A DNA stretch of 64,000 bases. Source: an uncultured Bacillota bacterium (GTDB taxonomy: Bacteria; Sysuimicrobiota; Sysuimicrobiia; Sysuimicrobiales; Segetimicrobiaceae). A program made the position numbers and the translations under genes. The notes below the pieces were generated by a model. That model had not been told where the DNA came from. It ran no database searches and saw only the letters and a program-made list of their open reading frames with translations. Location of the stretch: assembly GCA_963804645.1 (NCBI GenBank), contig CAWDRG010000009.1, positions 32,001-96,000 of the forward strand, read 5' to 3'. Position 1 is the first letter of the stretch; the number at the start of each line of letters is the position of its first letter. Shown piece by piece: positions 10,124-19,318 of this stretch.

Positions 10124-10229
10124 GGGTGTGCCGCTCGCGCGTTACATTTCCGCCCGACCGAGCGCGCTCCTGCCGCCTCCGGGCGCGTGCTCGGGGCTCA
10201 GGAGACGGCGGTGCGGCGCGGCCGGCCCC

Positions 10230-10868
10230 TCAAGGGCGATCGCGGGTCACGGCGTAGGTGGCCAGCTCGACGCGGTTCCGAAGGTGGAGCTTCGCCAGGA
10301 TGTTCTGCAGATGGCGCTTGACGGTACCCTCGACGATCCCGAGGCGCGCCGCGATCTCTTTGTTCGCCAAGCCGCGGGCCACGAGCCCGAGAATCTCCTC
10401 TTCGCGGGACGTCAGGGTCGGCAGGGCGCCGCGCGGCGCCGCGCCGGGCCGCACGAATTCCCCCAAGATTCGGTCCGCGATCGCCCGGGAGATCCGGGTG
10501 TCGCCCTGGACGAGCGCCCCGAGGTACTCCAGCCAAATGTTGGGTTCCACGTTCTTGATGAGATAGCCCTGCGCTCCGGATCGGATCGCTTCGAAAAGAT
10601 CCTGGGGATCGTCGGAGACGCTGACCACGACGACGATCGCCGCGGGAAGCTCTTCCTTAATCAGCCGGATCGCCTCGAGTCCGCCGAGGCCGGGCATGCG
10701 AAGGTCCATCAGCACCAGGTCCGGCGCGAGCATGCGTGCGCCGGCGAGACCCTCTTCCCCGTCGGTCGCCTCGCCGACGACCTCAAACTGCGGCGAGGCC
10801 CCGAGAATGGCGCGAATGCCGCGGCGTGCCAGCTCGCTGTCGTCGACGATCAGCGTGCGGGTCGTCAC
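10230..10868 (-). CDS. NarL/LuxR-family response regulator
   Basis: LIVDD, DLVLMDLRMPG receiver, LTSREEEILGLVARGLANKEIA..TVKRH HTH; GTG start overlaps kinase stop. Confidence 0.92.
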   Translation of the reverse strand: MTTRTLIVDDSELARRGIRAILGASPQFEVVGEATDGEEGLAGARMLAPDLVLMDLRMPGLGGLEAIRLIKEELPAAIVVVVSVSDDPQDLFEAIRSGAQGYLIKNVEPNIWLEYLGALVQGDTRISRAIADRILGEFVRPGAAPRGALPTLTSREEEILGLVARGLANKEIAARLGIVEGTVKRHLQNILAKLHLRNRVELATYAVTRDRP

Positions 10869-11758
10869 GCGTGGTCCCCGTTCGCGTAGGGAAGCCGGAA
10901 CGAGACCACGGTCCCGCCGAGCCCGGCGGGCGCCACGCTGACGCTGCCGCCGGCGGCGCGCGCGTGCTCTCGGAGCGCGGCGAGGCCGTACCGTCCCTGC
11001 GCCAACCCAGGAATCGGATCGGGCACGCCCCGGCCGTCGTCGACCACGGCGACCGTGAGGTGCGTCACCCCCCACTCGAGGCCGACCGCGATCGTCTTGG
11101 CGCCGGCGTGCTTCGCGACGTTGTGGAGGGCCTCGCGGGTCATCGCCATGGCATGCAGCGCGTGCGCGAGAGGCAGCTCCGTCTCGGCGCCGGTCTCGTC
11201 CACCGCGCCCACCAGCCCGTGGATCTCTCCAAACCGCTTGACGTAGCCTCGCACCCAGGCCCCAAAAGGCTGCCCGGGCTCTGGCCCGGTGCGCAGATCG
11301 AAGATCGCATCGCGCACGCGCCCCGAGGTCTCCTCGAGCGCCTGCGTGATCTCCCGGGCGGCGGCCCGGGTCGTCTCCAGATCCAGCGCGTCCAGCGCGC
11401 TGTCGAGCGCCCTCGCCTTGACCCCGAGGAAGAACAGTGCCTGGGAGATGCCGTCGTGCAGCTCCCGCGCCAACCGCTCGCGCTCGTCGGACACGGCGCG
11501 CTCCACCTCGGCGGCATGCAGCTGGTCGTCCGCGGCCTCCAGGCGTCGGTAAATCGGGATGAGGATCAGCGCAGCGGTGCTGAACGCGATGGCGCCGGTC
11601 ATCACATTGCCCCACATCTCCGGGACCACATCGTGCAGCACCTCGTGGCGGAGGTATTCCACCCCAAACACTACCACCGCCGGGAGCAGCACGGTCGCCA
11701 CCCGGAAGACGCCGTGCCAGCCGCGCCAGATGTGAGGCGTCGACCCCGAGCGTTCCAT
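10865..11758 (-). CDS. HisKA_3 sensor histidine kinase with two TM helices and a short loop
   Basis: ERERLARELHDGISQAL H-box, REALHNVAKHA N-box, DDGRG, YGL; two hydrophobic segments at the N-terminus. Confidence 0.9.
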   Translation of the reverse strand: MERSGSTPHIWRGWHGVFRVATVLLPAVVVFGVEYLRHEVLHDVVPEMWGNVMTGAIAFSTAALILIPIYRRLEAADDQLHAAEVERAVSDERERLARELHDGISQALFFLGVKARALDSALDALDLETTRAAAREITQALEETSGRVRDAIFDLRTGPEPGQPFGAWVRGYVKRFGEIHGLVGAVDETGAETELPLAHALHAMAMTREALHNVAKHAGAKTIAVGLEWGVTHLTVAVVDDGRGVPDPIPGLAQGRYGLAALREHARAAGGSVSVAPAGLGGTVVSFRLPYANGDHA

Positions 11759-11782
11759 GGCTCCATTATATAAGCGGCGGCC

Positions 11783-11809
11783 GTCCCGCGGCGGACGCCG
11801 CCGCGGGAC
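11783..11809 (-). terminator. Stem-loop downstream of the Met-rich protein gene
   Basis: GTCCCGCGGCGG-ACG-CCGCCGCGGGAC, perfect 12-bp stem; no clear U-tract. Confidence 0.4.
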
Positions 11810-11835
11810 AACCGGGCCAGCCGCGCCGCGACTGG

Positions 11836-12297
11836 CTAGCCGACGACCGTGCAGGTGACGGTGTGTACCGGTCCCACCGTATTGTGTGTCTTGTTGTCGG
11901 CCCAAAACACTTTGATGGTATGCGGCCCGGACGACAGATGGCCGAACGTGTACCGGTAGCGATCCTGCCCCGCGCTGACGAGCTGGCTGGCCGCGGGCAT
12001 GAGCACGTGGCCGTCGACCACGATGTGCAGATGCACGCTCGGTCCCGCGCCGCTCATACTTCCCATACTATTCATGCTCGCGCCCATGGTGAGCTGCGCC
12101 ATGTCCCCGGTTGTCTCGAGCACGACCGACACAGGATTCCTGACCTGCGACTGAGGGGTCGGGCTGACGATCGACAGAGGCGGCGGACCCGCCATCGCGC
12201 TCGACATCGAGGCCGCGGACGTCCGATCAACGCCGCCGCCCGCCCACAGGACGGCCAGCGCCAGCGCGCAGACCCCTGCCAAACTCCGCATCCCCAT
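11836..12297 (-). CDS. Exported Met/His-rich protein (DUF4399-like Ig/beta fold)
   Basis: Signal peptide; SIVSP; Met-rich TMGASMNSMGSMSG; HLHIVVDG; GPHTIKVFWAD; GGAGG RBS. Confidence 0.65.
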   Translation of the reverse strand: MGMRSLAGVCALALAVLWAGGGVDRTSAASMSSAMAGPPPLSIVSPTPQSQVRNPVSVVLETTGDMAQLTMGASMNSMGSMSGAGPSVHLHIVVDGHVLMPAASQLVSAGQDRYRYTFGHLSSGPHTIKVFWADNKTHNTVGPVHTVTCTVVG

Positions 12298-12354
12298 GCC
12301 GCCACCTCCTCGCCCGCGCCCGGGCCGCCCCCACACGGCGCGCGCCTGGCGACC

Positions 12355-12402
12355 ACGATACCATCCCGTGCGTCACCGCGGCAATGTACCGAAAGTAGTA
12401 CA
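12355..12402 (-). promoter_or_regulatory. Putative sigma70 promoter with an adjacent inverted-repeat operator
   Basis: Minus strand TTGCCG-N18-TATCGT; immediately upstream is TGTAC-N8-GTACA (12385-12402). Confidence 0.5.
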
Positions 12403-12512
12403 GACAGCCCGGACGGTCCTCCGTATGATGGCCGAAGACGGCGGCGGCAGTCCGGCCGCGGCAGGGCTGCGGGCAGACCGGTGCGTACACGCTTGCTCAA
12501 TGGAGCCGGGAA

Positions 12513-13637
12513 ATGAACAGACGCACGTTCCTGGAACGGGCCGGGCTGGTGCTCGGCGGATTGGTACTCGGCTCGGTACCGCGCGCGAGCGCCGCAGCGG
12601 CGTCAGAGAAGATCTCGGTGGTCGACGCGGCCGGACGGACCGTCAGCGTCACCATCCCGGTCCAGCGAGTGGTGCTGATGTTTGACTATGAGGAGTTCAT
12701 CGCCGTGGGCGGGTCCCACGCGTTCGACCGGGTCGTCGGCTACTCGAAGACGGTCTGGTACGATTGGCGCCGCTCGATTTGGGAACGATACGCCGCGGTC
12801 ATCCCCAACCTCGCGCAGCTCCCGGACGTCGGCTACACCGACGACTCCACGTTCAGCGCCGAGAAGGTGATCGCGCTGCGGCCGGACGTGTTCATCACAC
12901 CGCGCTGGGAGTTCACGTCGATGCAGCAGGGGGCGTCGCAGATCGCCGCCGCCGGGATTCCGATCGTGGTCATCGACTACAACGCCCAGCAAGTCCCGAC
13001 CCACGTCGCCAGCACGCTCGTGATGGGCCAACTCTTGGGGATGGACGCGCGCGCGCGCCAACTCGCAGCCCTCTACGGCGCCAAGGTCGCGGACGTGCAG
13101 GCGCGCGTCGCCCGCGCCACCACGCCGCGCCCCAAGGTGTACGTCGAGCTGGGCCAGGGCGGCCCGTCGGTCTACGGCAACTCGTACAGCGACGACCTGT
13201 GGGGCCCGCTGATCGAGACGTCGGGGGGGATCAACATCGCGAAGGGCAAGGTGAACGACTCCCCGCTGAGCCCGGAGTACATCCTGGCCTCGAACCCCGA
13301 CTATATCTTTATCACGGGCTCGACGTGGCCCAACTCCCCGCAAGCCGTCGAAATGGGGTTCGGCGTCGCACCGGCGCTGACGAACGCCCGGCTCAAGGCC
13401 TACCTCGCCCGCCCCGGGTGGAGCGGCCTGTCGGCGGTCAAGAACGGCCGCGTCTACGCGATCCACCACGGCATCGCCCGGACGCTCTTCGACTACTCGG
13501 GCATGCAGTTCTTCGCGAAGGCGATGTACCCGGCGCAGTTCACCGACATCGACCCGGAGGCGTCGCTGCGCGACTACTTCAGCACGTGGCTCCCCGTGCG
13601 GTACGACGGCACCTGGATGCTGCAGCTCCAGCGATGA
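12513..13637 (+). CDS. FecB/BtuF-class ABC substrate-binding protein, Tat-exported
   Basis: NRRTFL Tat signal; VVDAAGRTVSV..PVQRVV, EKVIALRPD, LSPEYILASNPD, AVKNGRVY. Confidence 0.88.
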   Translation: MNRRTFLERAGLVLGGLVLGSVPRASAAAASEKISVVDAAGRTVSVTIPVQRVVLMFDYEEFIAVGGSHAFDRVVGYSKTVWYDWRRSIWERYAAVIPNLAQLPDVGYTDDSTFSAEKVIALRPDVFITPRWEFTSMQQGASQIAAAGIPIVVIDYNAQQVPTHVASTLVMGQLLGMDARARQLAALYGAKVADVQARVARATTPRPKVYVELGQGGPSVYGNSYSDDLWGPLIETSGGINIAKGKVNDSPLSPEYILASNPDYIFITGSTWPNSPQAVEMGFGVAPALTNARLKAYLARPGWSGLSAVKNGRVYAIHHGIARTLFDYSGMQFFAKAMYPAQFTDIDPEASLRDYFSTWLPVRYDGTWMLQLQR

Positions 13638-14701
13638 TTGCGGACGCCGGGGAGGCGGCCGCGCCAACCGAACACTACCTCAGGACCTACCGGACCGCGG
13701 CGGCGCGGCGTATCGCGATCATCACCGCGGCCCTCGCCGTCTTGGCCGTCACGTTCACCCTCGACGTCCTCACCGGACCGGCGGAGCTCAGCCTCCGGCA
13801 GGTCGTCTCCGCGATCACCTCCCCGGCGGCCGCCGCTCCGACCACGCACGTCATCGTGTGGACGCTCCGTCTGCCGATGGCGCTCATGGCGCTCGTCGTC
13901 GGGATTGCGCTCGGCGCGGCAGGGGCCGAGGTACAGACGATCCTCGACAATCCGATCGCCGATCCCTACACCTTGGGGCTCTCGGCCTCGGCCGGCCTCG
14001 GCGCCGCCGCGACCATCCTCTTCGGCGCGTCGCTGCCGATCGACCCGGCCTATTCGTCGACGGTCGCGGCGTTCTGCTGCAGCCTCGTCGCGGCGTTCGT
14101 CATCATGGCCGTCGCCCGGCGCCAGGCGACGGTCGAGACGATGGTCCTGACCGGCATCGCCCTGCTGTTCCTGGCGCAGGCGTTCTTGTCGCTGCTCGAG
14201 TACCTCGCGTCGCCGGAAGCGCTGCAGACGATCGTGTTCTGGCTGTTCGGCAGCCTGGCGCGGGCGGACTGGAGCAAGGTCGCGGTCGTGGCGGCCGTGC
14301 TCGCGCTGCTCCTGCCGGTCCTCTCCAGGGACGCGTGGCGCTTGACCGCGCTCCGGCTGGGGGAAGAGCGTGCCAGGAGCCTCGGCGTCAACGTCTCCGC
14401 GCTTCGGCTGCGCGTCTTCACCATCATCGCCCTGCTGACCGCCGTGGCCGTCAGTTTCGTCGGCACCATCGGATTTGTGGGCCTCGTCGCCCCTCACGTC
14501 GCGCGCATGTTGGTGGGCGAGGATCAGCGCTACCTGCTCCCGATGTCCGCGATCTGCGGGGCGCTCTTCCTCTCCGCGGCGTCGGTGGTGGCGAAGATGG
14601 TGGTGCCCGGCGCGCTCTTCCCCATCGGAATCGTAACGTCGTTGATCGGGGTCCCGTTCTTCTTCGCCCTCATTCTCCGGACCCGCCGCGGCTACTGGTG
14701 A
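13634..14701 (+). CDS. FecCD-family iron/cobalamin ABC permease
   Basis: LRLP, QTILDNPIADPYTLG, LGEERARSLGV, GTIGFVGLVAPH. Confidence 0.9.
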   Translation: MIADAGEAAAPTEHYLRTYRTAAARRIAIITAALAVLAVTFTLDVLTGPAELSLRQVVSAITSPAAAAPTTHVIVWTLRLPMALMALVVGIALGAAGAEVQTILDNPIADPYTLGLSASAGLGAAATILFGASLPIDPAYSSTVAAFCCSLVAAFVIMAVARRQATVETMVLTGIALLFLAQAFLSLLEYLASPEALQTIVFWLFGSLARADWSKVAVVAAVLALLLPVLSRDAWRLTALRLGEERARSLGVNVSALRLRVFTIIALLTAVAVSFVGTIGFVGLVAPHVARMLVGEDQRYLLPMSAICGALFLSAASVVAKMVVPGALFPIGIVTSLIGVPFFFALILRTRRGYW

Positions 14702-15474
14702 AACTTACCGTCTCGCAGCTGTGCGTGGAGTACCACCGGGTCCCGGCGCTGCGGGACGTGCACCTCGAAGCCGCGCCCCGCAGCATCACGGCGCTCATCG
14801 GTCCCAACGGCGCCGGCAAGTCGACCCTCCTCCGGTGTGCGTACGGGCTCGTCCCGTACCGGGGACGGATCTTCCTCGGCGGCACGGACGCGCGGACCCT
14901 CGACGGCCGCCGGCTCTCACACATCGCGGCGTACCTGCCGCAAGATCTCCACGCCCGGTCGAGACTGACGGTCCTCGAGGTCGTGCTGCTCGGGAAGCTC
15001 GGGTCGCTCGGGTGGCATGTCCAGGACGGCGACATCGCGCGCGCACGGGCGAGCCTGGAGGACGTCGGGATCGGAGACACGGCGGACCGCCCGCTCGTCG
15101 AGCTGAGTCTCGGCCAGCGCCAGCTGGCGTTCGTCGCGCAGGCGCTGGTTCGCGAGCCGCGCGTGCTGCTGTTCGACGAGCCGACCAGCGCGCTCGATCT
15201 CCGCCACCAGTTGGAGCTGCTGGTGCTGATCCGGCGGCTCGTCGAGGAGCGCGGCGCGACCGCGGTGATCGCCCTGCACGATCTCAACCTCGCCTCGCGG
15301 TTCGCGGACCGGATGGTGCTGCTCGCGCGCGGGCGCGTGCACGCGGCCGGGACGCCGGCGGAGGTGCTCACGTGTGAGACGATCCGGGGGGCCTACGGCG
15401 TGGACGCGGAAGTGCAGCGGCGGGACGACGGGGTGATCTCGGTGACCCCCCTGAGAGCGCTCCCCCTTCCGTAG
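14698..15474 (+). CDS. FecE-family ABC ATP-binding protein
   Basis: GPNGAGKST Walker A, LSLGQRQ signature, LLFDEPTSALD. Confidence 0.9.
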   Translation: MKLTVSQLCVEYHRVPALRDVHLEAAPRSITALIGPNGAGKSTLLRCAYGLVPYRGRIFLGGTDARTLDGRRLSHIAAYLPQDLHARSRLTVLEVVLLGKLGSLGWHVQDGDIARARASLEDVGIGDTADRPLVELSLGQRQLAFVAQALVREPRVLLFDEPTSALDLRHQLELLVLIRRLVEERGATAVIALHDLNLASRFADRMVLLARGRVHAAGTPAEVLTCETIRGAYGVDAEVQRRDDGVISVTPLRALPLP

Positions 15475-15533
15475 CCGCGGGCGGCCCGCCCCCGGGCGGA
15501 GTTTTCGGTGCGTCCGTCGAACCGTTTCCTTCG

Positions 15534-16367
15534 ATGCTCCCGTTCTCCGCTCACACGCTTACGGCGCTGCGCGCGGCGTCCGCCGCCGCGGCGATCCAGC
15601 GCGCCCTCTTCGGCCGGCTGACCCGCATCGAGTACAAGGGCCCCCAGGACCCGGTGACCGAAGCCGACCGCGCATCCGAGGAGGCGATCGTCGGCACGCT
15701 GCGCGACGCGTTCCCCAGCCACGCGTTCGTCGGCGAGGAGGGCGGCCGCCGCGGCGACTCCGAGCACACGTGGTTCATCGACCCGCTCGACGGCACCCAC
15801 AACTACGCGCACGGCATTCCGTGGTTCGCGGTGAGCATCGCGCTGCGGCACCGCGGCCAGACGATCGCGGCGGTCATCCTCAACCCGATGCTCGGAGAAG
15901 TCTACGCGGCCGAGCGAGGCGCGGGTGCACACCTGGCGGCGGCCCCGCCGGGGCAGACCCAGTGGACGGGACGCGAGGAGTGGCGGCGGATCACGGTCTC
16001 CCCGATCGATCAGCTCGAGGACGCGACGCTGACCTCGGGGTTCCGCCATCCGCTCGGCGACTCACGGCTGAACCTCGATCACTTCACGAACGTGCTCGTG
16101 CGCGCGGCCAGAGTGCGGGAATGGGGAGCCGCCGCGCTCAGTCTTGCCGCGGTGGCCGCGGGGCGGATCGAGGGATACTGGGAAATTGGCCCGCGTGAGT
16201 GGGATCTCGCCGCCGGCCTCCTGTTGCTCGAGGAAGCCGGCGGCCGCGGCAGCGACCTGCGCGGCCGCACAGCCGTGCTGGACCACCGGCAGATCCTGGC
16301 GACGAACGGCGCGATCCACGATCAGATGGTGGCCGTGCTCGCGCTCGGGCGGAGCGGACTGGACTGA
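15534..16367 (+). CDS. suhB: Inositol monophosphatase family protein
   Basis: DPVTEADRASE, GEE, WFIDPLDGTHNY, WDLAAG..EEAGG. Confidence 0.85.
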   Translation: MLPFSAHTLTALRAASAAAAIQRALFGRLTRIEYKGPQDPVTEADRASEEAIVGTLRDAFPSHAFVGEEGGRRGDSEHTWFIDPLDGTHNYAHGIPWFAVSIALRHRGQTIAAVILNPMLGEVYAAERGAGAHLAAAPPGQTQWTGREEWRRITVSPIDQLEDATLTSGFRHPLGDSRLNLDHFTNVLVRAARVREWGAAALSLAAVAAGRIEGYWEIGPREWDLAAGLLLLEEAGGRGSDLRGRTAVLDHRQILATNGAIHDQMVAVLALGRSGLD

Positions 16368-16539
16368 CGCGCCGGGGCCGGCGCGCTAAATGCCTCGCCG
16401 GTCCCAGGGATGCCGCAGGCCCGACGAGTGGCGAGGCCCCTCAACCCGGGAGGGGTCGGCTCCCGGAGCAAAGAACTCCTCGTCACGCTTGAGAGAGCAC
16501 CACGATCGTCCCGGTCTTGAGGTCAGGCACGGGGGCATC

Positions 16540-17196
16540 ATGGTGAAAGCGCCGCGTTGGATCATCCTCCCCATCGTTCTGTTGCTGCTGACCGGTGTCG
16601 CCGGGCCCCTCGGCCGCCCGGCCCACGGCGCCGGTCTCTCTTTCCCGACCGGGGCGCTCGTCACCGGCGATCAGACTGCATGGCACGAGATCGCCGCCGC
16701 AGTATCGAAACAGCGCACGATTTCGTATCGCGAAAAGGATTCGGACGGCACGACCGTCGAGTACTCACCGCCCGATTCGACCCATACGGTCACGGAACGC
16801 ATCGAGGAAATCGTGGTCGGCCACGACAGGCGCTATCGCTACCGCACAAACGCAGGAGGGGCGCCAGGCAAGTGGTTGTGCGATTCCGCGCCGCCGAACG
16901 GCCCCGAACCTGGGAAGCTGCTTTCAGAGCTTCACATATCCTACGAGGCCTCCCGGGAAGCCGCCACGGTGATCGACGGCACCCCGGTCCATACGTACTC
17001 GATCATCGTCTCGCTGGGCGCGGGCGGGCAAAGCATCGCGAGCAAGTATACCTTCTACATCGACAGTCGGACCGGGCTGCCTCGCCGCTGGGTTGGTCCC
17101 GCAACGCTGGGGAATCCGGTCCCCCAGATCGTTGCGGACGACTACGACTACGGCGCCCCGATTACCATCGTCCTGCCCGCGTGCGGCACGTCGTAG
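16540..17196 (+). CDS. Hypothetical exported beta-rich protein (possible LolA/LppX-like fold)
   Basis: Hydrophobic signal peptide; EAATVIDGTPVHTY..YTFYIDSRTGLPRRW..YDYGAPITIVLP pattern typical of LolA-like folds; no firm family. Confidence 0.55.
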   Translation: MVKAPRWIILPIVLLLLTGVAGPLGRPAHGAGLSFPTGALVTGDQTAWHEIAAAVSKQRTISYREKDSDGTTVEYSPPDSTHTVTERIEEIVVGHDRRYRYRTNAGGAPGKWLCDSAPPNGPEPGKLLSELHISYEASREAATVIDGTPVHTYSIIVSLGAGGQSIASKYTFYIDSRTGLPRRWVGPATLGNPVPQIVADDYDYGAPITIVLPACGTS

Positions 17197-17211
17197 CCGG
17201 GCCGTGGACCC

Positions 17212-18312
17212 TCACCCGGCGGGCACCACGTGGATGTCCCGCGGCAGCCGGCTGAATACGTGGGCGCCGTCCGGGCCGACGTACACGATCTCCTCCAGGC
17301 GTAGTCCAAACTCCCCGGGGATGTAGACGCCGGGCTCGACTGAAAACACGAACCCTTCATCTATAGGAGTCTCATTCAAGTGCGTCACGCTGGGCGGCTC
17401 ATGAACGGAGATCCCGAGGCCGTGGCCGACCCGATGGATGAAGTACTCGCCAAATCCCGCGCGCTCGATCACACCGCGCGCCGCGAGATCCACGTCTTTG
17501 AGCGGCACCCCGGGGCGGATCGCCGCCAGCGCCGCCTGCACCGCGGCGTCGACCGTCCGGTGCACCTCCCGATACTTCGCGCCGGGCGCGCCCACGCAGG
17601 CCACGCGGGTGATGTCCGAGGCGTAGCCGTCGAGCATCCCGCCGAGATCGAGCGTGACCGCGTCGCCCACCGCGAGCCGCCGTCCGGACAGGCTGTGGTG
17701 GGGGAACGCCCCGTTCGGCCCCGAGGCTACGCCGGTGAACACGACCTCCTGTGACCCGGACCGGCGGAACGACGCCGCGGCGGCGTCGGCGATCTCCTGC
17801 TCCGTCGCACCCGCGCGACAGGCCGCCCACGCGTCGCGGATCGCCTGGTCCGCGTGCATGGCGCTGCGCCGCAGCGCCTCGATCTCCTCGGCGGACTTCC
17901 GCATCCGGAGATAGGCCAGCACGTCCGACGCGAGCGCGAGCTGCGCATCGGGGAACACACCCGAGAGCAGCAGGACGAAGTCGGCGCGCATCGTGTCGCC
18001 GAGTGCGAGGCGCGCGGGGGAAGCGCCGCCGAGCGCCTTCTTGGCGGCGTCGAGCGCCGCGGCCGGTCCGTCAGCGTCGGTGTAGACAAACGTGGGCACC
18101 GGGATGTGGGGGGCGGACTGGGTGGCGTTCAGGCTTGGGACCACGAATGCCGCGGTGCTCGCCGCCAGCAGCAGGAAGCACGGCCGCTCGTCCGGGTGGG
18201 GCGAGAACCCGCACAGGTATCGGAGATCATCGCCCGGCGCGACCGCCAGCAGGTCGATCCGCTGTATGGCCATCCGCCGCCGCGCCTGGTCAACTCGCGC
18301 CGCGTAATCCAT
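17212..18312 (-). CDS. Xaa-Pro peptidase (M24B family)
   Basis: RMRKSAEEI, TLDLGG..YASDITR, HRVGHGLGISVHE, SVEPGVY, RLEE. Confidence 0.9.
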   Translation of the reverse strand: MDYAARVDQARRRMAIQRIDLLAVAPGDDLRYLCGFSPHPDERPCFLLLAASTAAFVVPSLNATQSAPHIPVPTFVYTDADGPAAALDAAKKALGGASPARLALGDTMRADFVLLLSGVFPDAQLALASDVLAYLRMRKSAEEIEALRRSAMHADQAIRDAWAACRAGATEQEIADAAAASFRRSGSQEVVFTGVASGPNGAFPHHSLSGRRLAVGDAVTLDLGGMLDGYASDITRVACVGAPGAKYREVHRTVDAAVQAALAAIRPGVPLKDVDLAARGVIERAGFGEYFIHRVGHGLGISVHEPPSVTHLNETPIDEGFVFSVEPGVYIPGEFGLRLEEIVYVGPDGAHVFSRLPRDIHVVPAG

Positions 18313-18431
18313 CGCCATCCTCCGAGGATCGCTCCTCAACCGGGAGCGGAAAAGTAGCCGGGCGGGCTACACTCCCACGGGAGCGCGCGCGACTCCTGCC
18401 CCGATCCCCGCTCGCGGCCCGGGCGATCAAA

Positions 18432-18461
18432 TTGACACCTTCCCCGGGCTCGCGGTACAGT
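18432..18461 (+). promoter_or_regulatory. sigma70-type promoter for nth-fabI
   Basis: TTGACA-N18-TACAGT just upstream of nth. Confidence 0.6.
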
Positions 18462-18478
18462 GAATCCGTGAATCCCCG

Positions 18479-19318
18479 GTGAGCAGTCCCCGCGCCGCCC
18501 GCGCACCCGCGCCGCGCTCGAAGGCAGCGGCGGGATCGCGCCCGCGCCGCCGTTCGGCCCCCGCGGCGCTCCCGCGCGAGACACCCGCGGCGCGGGCGCA
18601 GCGCGCGTTGGAGATCGTCCGCAGGCTGCGGGCGCGGTATCCCGACACCCAGCTCCCGCTGCGCCACCGCAACCCGCTGCAGCTGCTGATCGCGACGATC
18701 CTGTCCGCCCAGTCGACGGACGCGCAGGTCAACCGGGTCACGCCCGCCCTCTTCACGCGGTACCGCACGGCCGCCGACTTCGCCGGCGCGCGCACGAGCG
18801 AACTGGAAACGTACGTCCACAGCACCGGCTTCTTTCACGCGAAGGCGCGCGCGATCCAGCGGGCCACACGCGTGCTCGTCGACCGGTACGGCGGGCGCGT
18901 CCCGCGTACGCTGGAGGAGCTGGTGCAGCTGCCTGGCGTGGGCCGGAAGACCGCGAACGTGGTACTGAGCGGGTTCGGGGTGCCCGGGATCGTGGTCGAC
19001 ACGCACGTGCGGCGCCTGTCGAGGCGCCTCGCGCTCACCGCCCAGCACGACCCGGACAAGATCGAGCAGGACCTGATGCCCCTCATCCCGCGCGAGGAAT
19101 GGAGCGCGTTCTCGCTCAGGCTGATCTTTCTCGGCCGCGAGATCTGCTTCGCCAGGCGGCCGCGGTGCCCGACGTGCCCGCTGCGGGACCTCTGCCCGTC
19201 GAGCCGGTACGGCGGGATGCCGCCGTGGATGACGCCCGCCGGCACGGGCGCCTCGCGCGCGGCGGGCCGGACGCCGCCGCGCCCCACCCGGCGCGCCGGC
19301 ACGGGAGCGCGGTCGTGA
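18479..19318 (+). CDS. nth: Endonuclease III
   Basis: LLIATILSAQSTD, HhH LPGVGRKTANVV, VDTHV, FeS motif CFARRPRCPTCPLRDLC. Exact start uncertain. Confidence 0.92.
   Translation: MSSPRAARAPAPRSKAAAGSRPRRRSAPAALPRETPAARAQRALEIVRRLRARYPDTQLPLRHRNPLQLLIATILSAQSTDAQVNRVTPALFTRYRTAADFAGARTSELETYVHSTGFFHAKARAIQRATRVLVDRYGGRVPRTLEELVQLPGVGRKTANVVLSGFGVPGIVVDTHVRRLSRRLALTAQHDPDKIEQDLMPLIPREEWSAFSLRLIFLGREICFARRPRCPTCPLRDLCPSSRYGGMPPWMTPAGTGASRAAGRTPPRPTRRAGTGARS

Noticed and set aside
12403..12512. Cobalamin riboswitch upstream of the FecCD/Btu-type ABC operon
   Set aside because: Leader is short and I see no B12-box or other conserved riboswitch elements; the ligand is left unassigned.
18460..18475. 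GTGAATCC tandem repeat at the nth promoter as a DNA-damage operator
   Set aside because: Not noticed upstream of mutY or ogt and matches no SOS box I know; could be chance.
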